Origin: a virus
Taxonomy: Duplodnaviria > Caudoviricetes
Length of the DNA: 24,664 bases
Strand: one strand, 5' to 3'
Virus record (IMG/VR): IMGVR_UViG_3300005805_007690
Coordinates: 1-24,664 of that record
Part shown: positions 9,633 through 17,411 of the stretch, piece after piece
Layout: every line of letters starts with the position of its first letter
Numbering within the stretch: position 1 is the first letter of the stretch
The notes under the pieces: generated by a model
Told to the model about the DNA's origin: nothing
Databases searched by the model: none
Seen by the model: only the letters and a program-made list of their open reading frames with translations
Made by a program: the position numbers and the translations under genes

Positions 9633-10341
9633 AACTATCTAGACGTTGTATAATAGGTCCGATAATAGGATTACGTATAATATCTTGAGCCTCTAGTCTT
9701 GAAAAGCCTATACCATCAATACCGGACAATGCCTTGATCATACTAATAAAACCACCTTGTACAGATCGATGAAGGTCTGATTGCGCTACGTCACCAGTCA
9801 ATACCATCTTACTATTCATGCCTATTCTTGTCAATAACATTTTTAATTGATCATACGAGGCATTCTGACATTCATCTGCTACTATAAAAGAATCATGAAA
9901 ACTACGACCTCTCATTAGGCCCAAAGGAACAATCTCTAATTTATTGGTTAGCTTAAGCTTAGTATAATCAAAGATTTGAATAAAATAATTAATTTCATCT
10001 AAAATTGGTAATAAGTATGGATGAAGCTTTTCTTCTGCTGTTCCTGGTAAATATCCTAGACGTTCACCGGCCTCAACTACTGGTCTTGTTATAATAATTT
10101 TCTTAACTTTACCAGTTAATAAATATTCTAAAGCCATACCAATAGCAATATGCGTTTTACCACTACCGGCTATTCCTTGGCAAAAAGTCACACTATTTTC
10201 TGCAACAGTTCTAATATACAGGTTTTGATTTTTAGTTCTAGGTTTTAAATTATTTCTAAAACCTATTGGTTTATCTTCTGGAAGTATTTTGTTTGTAGCA
10301 TCTAGTACGCTTTTTTTATGTTTGGTAGTTTTTTTTCTCAA
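9616..10341 (-). CDS. phoH: PhoH-family ATPase
   Basis: GIAGSGKT, RPVVEAGERLGYLPG, MRGRSF, DECQN, LTRIG, GDVAQSDL, RNP; TTG start. Confidence 0.95.
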   Translation of the reverse strand: MRKKTTKHKKSVLDATNKILPEDKPIGFRNNLKPRTKNQNLYIRTVAENSVTFCQGIAGSGKTHIAIGMALEYLLTGKVKKIIITRPVVEAGERLGYLPGTAEEKLHPYLLPILDEINYFIQIFDYTKLKLTNKLEIVPLGLMRGRSFHDSFIVADECQNASYDQLKMLLTRIGMNSKMVLTGDVAQSDLHRSVQGGFISMIKALSGIDGIGFSRLEAQDIIRNPIIGPIIQRLDSYEQEP

Positions 10342-10363
10342 TGGATACCCTTTCAGAATAAAG

Positions 10364-12559
10364 TTAAATTAGACAAGCGCCACCGGCACAACTAATTTCC
10401 TCTATTCCTACCGTATTATCTTCTGTTTCCAATAGTTGTGTATAATCTACTTTCTTAAAGCTATTATATAGATCACAGTAAATCTTCCAGTTATAGACAT
10501 CTTTCATGCAGTATGTTAGTCTTTTAACGTCCCCATCAAAATATTTACCAGCAAAGTTTTTCATCTTGACAATAAACTTTAATTTATCATCACTGTCGTT
10601 CTCTTTAGCCTGATTAAGATTTACATAATCACATGCTGCCCATAAATTATTGTTAAAAGCATTCAAAGCTAATTCTATTAATCCGGAACACCATAAAGCA
10701 GCATCACTATATTCCTTAACTATTTCTCTACTAGTATATACTGTTGTAAATGGTGCTTGTGGATAATCTTTATCACCACTCTGTGGGATCAAACTTATTC
10801 CTGCAAAATATTTTCTATTTTGGTATATAAATTTAGTTACATCATCCCACTCTTCTGGCTTAACTGTTACAGTATTACTAACATTATGGCTCAAAAACTC
10901 TTGAGTGCATAATGATTTATTTTTACCAGAATAGACCCAATTTTTTTGTGTATCTTTAACTATTGATAACATTTCTACTGCTGGTAATTGATTCTTTAAT
11001 TTAGCACCGTCTGGAACCTCAATAGGAAACTTAATAACCTCATCAGTATTATTAGCAGACCATGAGGATTTCTCACAGGCTTGTGGGTTATAATTCTTAA
11101 AGTGTTGGTATGGTGCCTCTAAAACATTGGCCTGTACGTGTCTTATATAGCGTTTAGCATGATGTGGGTGGATGCCCGAACTGGTGCCCAACATGGAACT
11201 AGATGTTCCTTCTGGCTTTAAACAGGTCACTCTTGCTGCTTGATTGATACCAATTTTTTTGGCCATTTCTTTATTGGTTTCTACTGCAATTTTAGCACCA
11301 GCTTTTAGTACTTTTTCTGTTAGTACCAGATCATGCTTTTCCATGATGCCAGTTAAAGAAACTCCTAACAATGCTTCTCTTTCAAAGATTTTACAACTAA
11401 TTTCTCCTAGATAATCTAGTTTGGTAAATCCAGCTTGAAGAGTACCGATAATAGCAGCGGCTTTGCATCTTTCATAAAAGTCTTCTTCGTCTGATACAGA
11501 TGAGCAATTTATGGTTGATAGATTACATCCTTGCCATCCGCTTTTGCCTGTTTCTTCATCTACAGGCCACATACCAACTTCGACACAAGGATTAAATGTC
11601 ATTTCTGTAGAATCACTCCAAATAAATCCTGGTTCTCCGAATTCTTTGACACTTTCCATCAATACTTGAAATTCTTCAAATGTTGTATCGTCTTTTAATA
11701 AAAGTGCTGAATTATTACTTCTTGCTCTTTGTGGATTTTCTACATACCAGTTGCCAGTTTTAGCCTTAGCCATTTCTTCATCATCAGCACTAAATAGAGC
11801 TAATGAAGCGCTACGCCTAACACCACCAGACAATACGGCATCGCTACTATGCATGATAATATCATATGCATCTATTGGTCTTAGCTTTTTTTGTCCATTA
11901 GCTATGCATCTATCTAATAGGGCTCGTATTTTTTCTAGTCCATTTTGTAAAGGCTCAAAACCAGGAGCTTTACCAACACCAGAAGATAATGATGATCCTT
12001 TTGATCTTATATTAGAATAATCAAATACAATATATTGATCTTTATACTCTTTAAATTTTTCTTCTGATGGCTTTGTAAAATAGGAACTCAAGAGTACACC
12101 AAGAGCATCGGCCCATCCTTCTATGCTATCTTCAATAACATATTTTCTACCATTTTCTGATTTTGTTTCTTGTGAAAATGTTGGTAGTTTAGCAACATGA
12201 TGTTTCTGTACACTAAAGCCTGTGCCACTACCACAGAGTAATAGCCAAAAACATTCCTGAAAAAATCTTAGTCTATCACAATATGAACTTGTGCAGTTAT
12301 AGATTTTTGCATGTCTTTTAAGAATAGGATCTCCACCAAATTGCAATGCCCTTTGTGATCCTAAAACTTTCTTTTTATACATAATATCATATGCCCATTC
12401 TATATCTTCAGATATATCTTTGTCAGCATATTGTTTCAGCATCATATTTTTAACTCTATCTACGGCTTCTTTCCAGGTTTCTCTACGATTTTTATCCTCA
12501 AGCCACCTAGCATATTTACTAACAAAAGTATAATTTTGAAGCTCGTTCAATGCTGACAT
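10364..12559 (-). CDS. nrdJ: Class II (adenosylcobalamin-dependent, RTPR-type) ribonucleotide reductase
   Basis: RRETWKE, YNC, GTGFSV, GGVRRSA, NPCVE, CNLS, KPEGT, GISLIP...YPQAPF and C-terminal CAGGAC. No class I YY pair and no adjacent nrdB. SD AAGGAG at 12571-12576. Confidence 0.88.
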   Translation of the reverse strand: MSALNELQNYTFVSKYARWLEDKNRRETWKEAVDRVKNMMLKQYADKDISEDIEWAYDIMYKKKVLGSQRALQFGGDPILKRHAKIYNCTSSYCDRLRFFQECFWLLLCGSGTGFSVQKHHVAKLPTFSQETKSENGRKYVIEDSIEGWADALGVLLSSYFTKPSEEKFKEYKDQYIVFDYSNIRSKGSSLSSGVGKAPGFEPLQNGLEKIRALLDRCIANGQKKLRPIDAYDIIMHSSDAVLSGGVRRSASLALFSADDEEMAKAKTGNWYVENPQRARSNNSALLLKDDTTFEEFQVLMESVKEFGEPGFIWSDSTEMTFNPCVEVGMWPVDEETGKSGWQGCNLSTINCSSVSDEEDFYERCKAAAIIGTLQAGFTKLDYLGEISCKIFEREALLGVSLTGIMEKHDLVLTEKVLKAGAKIAVETNKEMAKKIGINQAARVTCLKPEGTSSSMLGTSSGIHPHHAKRYIRHVQANVLEAPYQHFKNYNPQACEKSSWSANNTDEVIKFPIEVPDGAKLKNQLPAVEMLSIVKDTQKNWVYSGKNKSLCTQEFLSHNVSNTVTVKPEEWDDVTKFIYQNRKYFAGISLIPQSGDKDYPQAPFTTVYTSREIVKEYSDAALWCSGLIELALNAFNNNLWAACDYVNLNQAKENDSDDKLKFIVKMKNFAGKYFDGDVKRLTYCMKDVYNWKIYCDLYNSFKKVDYTQLLETEDNTVGIEEISCAGGACLI

Positions 12560-12595
12560 ATTAATAAAAACTCCTTAAAAAATTAAATCTTGGAA

Positions 12596-12660
12596 GGCCC
12601 ATAAAAGAATGATTTGGTCATAGCGATATGATAAATCTGTTTGTGATGAATACAAGGGCC
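12596..12660. other. Candidate structured RNA in the nrdJ leader
   Basis: Nested inverted repeats: GGCCC 12596-12600 / GGGCC 12656-12660, GATTT 12611-12615 / AAATC 12633-12637, TCATA 12618-12622 / TATGA 12627-12631 around a 4-nt loop. Confidence 0.4.
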
Positions 12661-12669
12661 ATAATTGAA

Positions 12670-13146
12670 CTATTTATCTATTACACCACAGTCTTGTATC
12701 AGCCATGAAAAGTCTGGATCAATTTGTACAATTTCTATTTGTGTTTGTTTTACAAATAAATCAAATCTTTTTTTTGCATCATCATCAAATAATTTTGTAC
12801 CATGACTTTTGGCCATAACAACCTTTTTAATTCCTTCTTGCCATAAGGCCATAATACAGTCATTGCAACATTGACCTGTTACATATGCAATTCCATTATC
12901 TGGTCTAATTACACAATTAGATAAAGCATTTCTTTCTGAATGAATCATCCAATGATATTTATCTGGACGACTAGTTGGTAAGGAAGAATCATCCATACCT
13001 TTTGGAAAACCATTATATCCAACACCTAAAATACGATGTTGTTGATCTGTTATTACACATCCATGTTTGGTATGGATATCATGACTACGATAGGATATAA
13101 CTTTCGCTAGTCCTAAAAAATAATTGGTCCAGTCTGGTCTATTCAT
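12670..13146 (-). CDS. dCMP deaminase (ComEB-like)
   Basis: GYNGFPKG, HSERNAL (HxE) and CCNDC (PCxxC equivalent). Confidence 0.93.
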   Translation of the reverse strand: MNRPDWTNYFLGLAKVISYRSHDIHTKHGCVITDQQHRILGVGYNGFPKGMDDSSLPTSRPDKYHWMIHSERNALSNCVIRPDNGIAYVTGQCCNDCIMALWQEGIKKVVMAKSHGTKLFDDDAKKRFDLFVKQTQIEIVQIDPDFSWLIQDCGVIDK

Positions 13147-13156
13147 AGGTAAGTCT

Positions 13157-13184
13157 ATTGTACCTGATCCGGATATCGTGTCAA
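13157..13184 (-). promoter_or_regulatory. sigma70-type promoter upstream of dCMP deaminase
   Basis: Minus-strand TTGACA (13184-13179), 16-nt spacer, TACAAT (13162-13157), then 10 nt to ATG 13146. Confidence 0.7.
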
Positions 13185-14047
13185 TCGTTTAATATTGTTG
13201 CAATGGCTGAATTCAAAATATGATCTAAAGTATTTGTACTAACCCTTTGAGCAAAATGCTTGTATGTATCTTGGATCATATAATGATTAGGGTCTTTTGT
13301 GATTTCTAACCAGCCAATAAAATAGTTCCATATTCTATCTTCTAGAATTAAAGGGTATTTAACACCATTTGGACGACCAAATCTATGAACCCATTTTAAT
13401 TGTGGAATGCAAATATTTTTTCCACCATTACGCCTAAATTTTTCTGCTATATATCCTTCTTCACCACCGAATCCTTTAAAGTGAGACGATATACCTGGCC
13501 AATTCTTTTTTTCAAAAGAGCATAGTCCCATGCCCTGCATTTTTATTTCAAACGGTTCTCCTTTTGCATAGGCTTCTGGATTGTGGTGCCATATGCCATA
13601 CATATCTCCTCTCCACTCATCTTTAAATTCTGTAGAAACATTTCTAAGATCATCATACAACAATGGTCCCTGGATTAAGTCTTTGCAATCTGGATGATTA
13701 GTATAATACTGTAATAAGGTTTCAATAGCATTATTAATTAATAATACATGACAATCTAAGATTAATATATACTGTCCATTAGCATAATCTACTATTTTAT
13801 ATTTATTAAAAGAAGATGGTTTGTCTTTGATGGGAATATATTTCCCAGAACCATTAGTCCATCCACTAATAAATTTTTGGATCTCTTTACCGTGTATACC
13901 TTCTGGATTATTGTCTAATACTATTAGTTCTATATTAGTATCACATACTTTATGATACATTCTTAATGCCTGAATAGTAAAGTACACACCATCAAAATCA
14001 TCATATGTGCACATACCAATAGTAAGCAGACTATTTGTCTTATTCAT
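13181..14047 (-). CDS. GT-A fold glycosyltransferase (GT2-like, with ppGalNAc-T-like motifs)
   Basis: LTIGMCTYDD, LIVLDNNP, DxH motif ILDCH, GMGL...FGGEEGY...NGG...VHRF. Confidence 0.8.
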   Translation of the reverse strand: MNKTNSLLTIGMCTYDDFDGVYFTIQALRMYHKVCDTNIELIVLDNNPEGIHGKEIQKFISGWTNGSGKYIPIKDKPSSFNKYKIVDYANGQYILILDCHVLLINNAIETLLQYYTNHPDCKDLIQGPLLYDDLRNVSTEFKDEWRGDMYGIWHHNPEAYAKGEPFEIKMQGMGLCSFEKKNWPGISSHFKGFGGEEGYIAEKFRRNGGKNICIPQLKWVHRFGRPNGVKYPLILEDRIWNYFIGWLEITKDPNHYMIQDTYKHFAQRVSTNTLDHILNSAIATILND

Positions 14048-14078
14048 ATTTTAGTATTAAATATTCAAATATAGATAT

Positions 14079-14378
14079 TTATCTATGCATCATAGATGCT
14101 AGTGTTTCTTCTATATTTGAACCTAACAATTCTAATACTCTATCCTCTGCTTGAGCCTGAGTATAATCTCCGATATTATCATACTCCTCACCAGACCATA
14201 ATGTTAATGGTTTAAGAGGCAACGGAATTGGTCTACTTTTACCGTTTGGCATAGTTTTAGTTAATAATAATCTACACGACACATTTTTGCCAAAACTATC
14301 ATCTGTAAGTAATAAAGATAGACCATCAATCTCTATGTTTCTATTACCTATAGTTAGTGTTATATTCCCTATATTCAT
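14079..14378 (-). CDS. Hypothetical protein downstream of the lectin gene
   Basis: 99-aa ORF preceded by SD GAGGT. Confidence 0.7.
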   Translation of the reverse strand: MNIGNITLTIGNRNIEIDGLSLLLTDDSFGKNVSCRLLLTKTMPNGKSRPIPLPLKPLTLWSGEEYDNIGDYTQAQAEDRVLELLGSNIEETLASMMHR

Positions 14379-14395
14379 ATTATTTACCTCGTATT

Positions 14396-16399
14396 TTAAC
14401 TAAAAGCCGCTGTTGGAACAGTATAATTACCAGAACCATATCTATCTACTGAACTAAATCGTATTTCATCAATATTACCGTTAAATGTACCTAACCATGT
14501 TGGTAGTGCGAAATTGAAAAACGCATTGAAACTATCCAAAGTGGCTCCGAGTATAATCTGGTTGGCTTCTCCATTGTTAGCTGTAAACGGAGTTGTGGTA
14601 TTTGTTAAAAGTGTTGAAGAAATTGAACTTCCACTATCTACTCCATTAACCTTTAATCTCCATTCTCCATTATTATAGACTATAGCCACATGACTCCAAA
14701 CATTTCTAGCTAACGAACTTGTTGATATACTATATTGATTAAGAGCATAATTGGTTTCATTATAAAAACTATCTACCCAAACTAATCTTAATCCACTAGA
14801 ATAATAATTATTATAATATTCTCCAGTATTTCCATTATATGGTCCATTAGTTCCGTCCATTAGTACCAAGCGATTTCTACCAGTACTATATTCACTAGGT
14901 GGTCCAATAGTTAGGTAAGCTTCTCCATTTGCGCCCATAGTGCCAGTTGGCCTGATCCACATTTCTATAGTATATTGACCAGCAGTTTCTAGTTTGGATA
15001 ATAAATCATTGATTGGAGTAACTATGTATGGTGTATATTCACTATTAATTAGTCCATATTGATTAGATGATGAGCTAAAGCTATACGAACCGGCTCCGAA
15101 TTTTTTCACTGAGGTATCTAAAGTTACTGATGCTGGTGGATTTAGAGCATTACTGCATCCTCCTCCTAGTGTATTACTCCTTAATGATAAATAATATTTA
15201 TTAATACCATAATCTGCTGGGCTACCATCACAATGTAATAATAGTTCAGTATTTGCTGAAGCTGAACTTCTTGCTCCAGATAGTGCTGCTGATGGTACAG
15301 TTATGGTGCTACCAGAATATTTAACAGAATTACTAATTCGTACATCGTCATATTGAATGCCAGGAGCAAGATTATAATACGAAGGAGTATAAGGATAAAT
15401 TCCAACTTCAGGTGGACTTTGGCTAGACATGGTTGTGGCGTTCCAATTAAATCCATTAGATGTTAAGTCTGCTGTACCAATTAGTGTTCCGTCCATATAG
15501 AATCTTAATTCATCACTATATGTTGAACCGGTAGTATCTCGCACTATAGCAATATGAACATAATTAGAACCTCCATATCCTGGAACATCAATACTATTTG
15601 GGAATGTTCCTTGATATATATTTCCAGTATTACTGGTAGCAGCATAAGCCACGGTGGCAATATCATCAGTACTTTCTGGGGTACCATTAGATGGCAAATA
15701 GGTTCCATGTGGAGCAATATATGTTTTATATCCTGATACGGTTGGGACGTTCTCTGCATTCCAATATCTTGTAACTGCTGTTCCAAGTTCTATATTACCT
15801 ATACGTAAATATCTTTCTCTTTCAGCCACGAATAGTTTTGGTGTTCCCCATTGGTCTGGAGCGGTTGAGTCCATATACCATGACAGCCATAATTCGATTG
15901 TAAAATCTCCATTCATTTGAGATAATAGACTACTAGCATCACTACCTCGTAATGATGTATAACTCAAGCCGTAACCATAACTATCACTAATCAAAGGAGA
16001 TGAACTAAATACCCCTGATGCTGTAGCTCCTACGGCCCTGTTGGGCCATAGCGGATCTTCATAACCACAAATATTATATGCTAATTCATTACCCATACTA
16101 TCGGCATACGACCAATCTGCATTATAGAAATAGTAATTATTCGGCCCTTCGTCTGTTGGACCCCAGTTACTATTGGCCCTTAAGAGCATTAGAGTATCAC
16201 CAGATGGTGCTGCCGTAGTTGTGGTTGTAGTTGTGGTGGTTGTAGTAGTTGGCTCTGCCGTAGTGGTGGTTGTTGTAGTAGTGGTTGGTTCGGCCGTTGT
16301 TGTTGTGGTTGTGGTTTCTGATATATATTTAATACTAGATACGCCATTAGTATCTGTAAATAAATATGGCTGACCATTATTATATCTAATTTTAAACAT
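14396..16399 (-). CDS. Tandem LamG/concanavalin A-like lectin protein with Thr-rich stalk (probable virion adhesin or decoration protein)
   Basis: Two internal repeats: DFTIELW/QYTIEMWIRP, YVHIAIVR..LRFYMDG/WSHVAIVY..LKVNG, YDDVRISNSVKY..TVPSAA/IDEIRFSSVDRY..TVPTAA. No signal peptide. Confidence 0.82.
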   Translation of the reverse strand: MFKIRYNNGQPYLFTDTNGVSSIKYISETTTTTTTAEPTTTTTTTTTAEPTTTTTTTTTTTTAAPSGDTLMLLRANSNWGPTDEGPNNYYFYNADWSYADSMGNELAYNICGYEDPLWPNRAVGATASGVFSSSPLISDSYGYGLSYTSLRGSDASSLLSQMNGDFTIELWLSWYMDSTAPDQWGTPKLFVAERERYLRIGNIELGTAVTRYWNAENVPTVSGYKTYIAPHGTYLPSNGTPESTDDIATVAYAATSNTGNIYQGTFPNSIDVPGYGGSNYVHIAIVRDTTGSTYSDELRFYMDGTLIGTADLTSNGFNWNATTMSSQSPPEVGIYPYTPSYYNLAPGIQYDDVRISNSVKYSGSTITVPSAALSGARSSASANTELLLHCDGSPADYGINKYYLSLRSNTLGGGCSNALNPPASVTLDTSVKKFGAGSYSFSSSSNQYGLINSEYTPYIVTPINDLLSKLETAGQYTIEMWIRPTGTMGANGEAYLTIGPPSEYSTGRNRLVLMDGTNGPYNGNTGEYYNNYYSSGLRLVWVDSFYNETNYALNQYSISTSSLARNVWSHVAIVYNNGEWRLKVNGVDSGSSISSTLLTNTTTPFTANNGEANQIILGATLDSFNAFFNFALPTWLGTFNGNIDEIRFSSVDRYGSGNYTVPTAAFS
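16205..16315 (-). repeat. Poly-threonine repeat T7-AEP-T9-AEP-T12-AAP
   Basis: 28 Thr codons using mixed ACA/ACC/ACT/ACG; each run ends ACG-GCN. Confidence 0.95.
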
Positions 16400-16405
16400 T
16401 ATATA

Positions 16406-16657
16406 TTATTCTTTATTATTGATTTGATTATATAGTACTAGACTTAAACAGGCTCCTATAATACCCATTATTACACCAGAAGGAGACAATGCTTTATATT
16501 CTCCTAGTAGGTATAAAACAGCGCCTCCCATATATGAGCCGACTACGCCAAGAGCGATTGTTTGAAAAAAACCAAATTTTTCTTCACCAGGAATAATTGA
16601 TTTGGCAATACTACCAACAAAAATACCATATACACACCATACTAATAAACTCATCAT
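16406..16657 (-). CDS. GlsB/YeaQ/YmgE (transglycosylase-associated) membrane protein
   Basis: W.vyGifvGsIAK.IIPG...TIaLGVVGSymGG...gIIGA pattern with three hydrophobic segments. Confidence 0.88.
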   Translation of the reverse strand: MMSLLVWCVYGIFVGSIAKSIIPGEEKFGFFQTIALGVVGSYMGGAVLYLLGEYKALSPSGVIMGIIGACLSLVLYNQINNKE

Positions 16658-17016
16658 GGTTTTACCTCTAAGATTTTGGAAACTTGTTCTTCCGTGAGTT
16701 TTTCAGCAACATCCAAAATTGCTGTAACAATTTGTTCTTTATGTGTTTTGTAGTCTTCTGAATTTAGTTCTTTTTTAAGAATTCTTTTAAGTCTTAGTTT
16801 AGTTAACCAACTTCTTTTATTGGCCAATAGCTTAATTTGATATGTATAAAATTTAGCATCTTGATTTTTATTACATTCTTGGAGCACTCTAATAGAAGTT
16901 AATATTATAGAAATAAACATTAAAGTTAATATAATACTACCATGATTATCTGAAGATAATCCAGATTTATGAATTATTTCTTGTGCTATATTTTCTAATT
17001 CAGTTTTGTGATTCAT
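16654..17016 (-). CDS. Hypothetical membrane protein
   Basis: Hydrophobic segment SIILTLMFISIILTSI. ATG 17016 preferred over GTG 17028. Confidence 0.7.
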   Translation of the reverse strand: MNHKTELENIAQEIIHKSGLSSDNHGSIILTLMFISIILTSIRVLQECNKNQDAKFYTYQIKLLANKRSWLTKLRLKRILKKELNSEDYKTHKEQIVTAILDVAEKLTEEQVSKILEVKP

Positions 17017-17248
17017 TCTCTGGCTCACAATATGTACAGTCTATTTTTTTAATATTATCTCCACTCATATACCATCCTTTGCCCTTACATACAGGACAAT
17101 CTTTTCTTTTATATTTAATTATTGTTGGTTCATTCTGAGAGCTTTTAATAATAGCCCCTGCTACTGTCACAGCAGATAACGTACTATATTTTGGTGTGGA
17201 TGAGTATATTAATGATCCGATTAATAAACAACATAGCAATTTATTCAT
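17000..17248 (-). CDS. Small exported or membrane protein with a DnaJ-like CxxCxGxG...CxxC motif
   Basis: MNKLLCCLLIGSLIY leader; CPVCKGKG...CTYC. Confidence 0.7.
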   Translation of the reverse strand: MNKLLCCLLIGSLIYSSTPKYSTLSAVTVAGAIIKSSQNEPTIIKYKRKDCPVCKGKGWYMSGDNIKKIDCTYCEPENESQN

Positions 17249-17411
17249 GATCGAAAATTTTCCTGATTTTTTCTATAATGGGTCTACGTGGTTTTAAAAT
17301 AGGTGGCTCTATTTCTTTTTCTTTAGTTTTTAAGATCTTAGCTAAACCTAAAATAAAACTTGTAATAATTGCTATAAGTCTATTTAATGCTATTTTATCT
17401 AGAAATTTCAT
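17241..17411 (-). CDS. Small membrane protein (56 aa), not in the ORF track
   Basis: MKFLDKIALNRLIAIITSFILGLAKILKTKEKEIEPPILKPRRPIIEKIRKIFDHE; ATGA overlap with the protease stop and 8-nt overlap with the next gene. Confidence 0.75.
   Translation of the reverse strand: MKFLDKIALNRLIAIITSFILGLAKILKTKEKEIEPPILKPRRPIIEKIRKIFDHE

Noticed and set aside
3854-12559. Inteins or introns in dnaB, recA or nrdJ; HNH as a homing element
   Set aside because: Protein lengths are ordinary, motifs are uninterrupted and no splice-junction motifs were seen. The HNH gene is free-standing and of the McrA-like type.
12560-12669. Cobalamin riboswitch or hammerhead ribozyme
   Set aside because: No B12-box core and no CUGAUGA...GAAA core seen on either strand.
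12683-12698. NrdR-box-like sequence ACACCACAGTCTTGTA upstream of nrdJ
   Set aside because: It fits the consensus only if one base is deleted, is a single copy, and lies inside the dCMP deaminase coding end.
16205-16315. Possible CRISPR array or DGR-type repeat
   Set aside because: It is an in-frame low-complexity coding repeat with no constant repeat/unique spacer pattern, and no reverse transcriptase lies in the window.
16173-16377. Poly-Val ORF (+) and Gln/Pro-rich ORF (-)
   Set aside because: Both are alternative readings of the poly-Thr codons.
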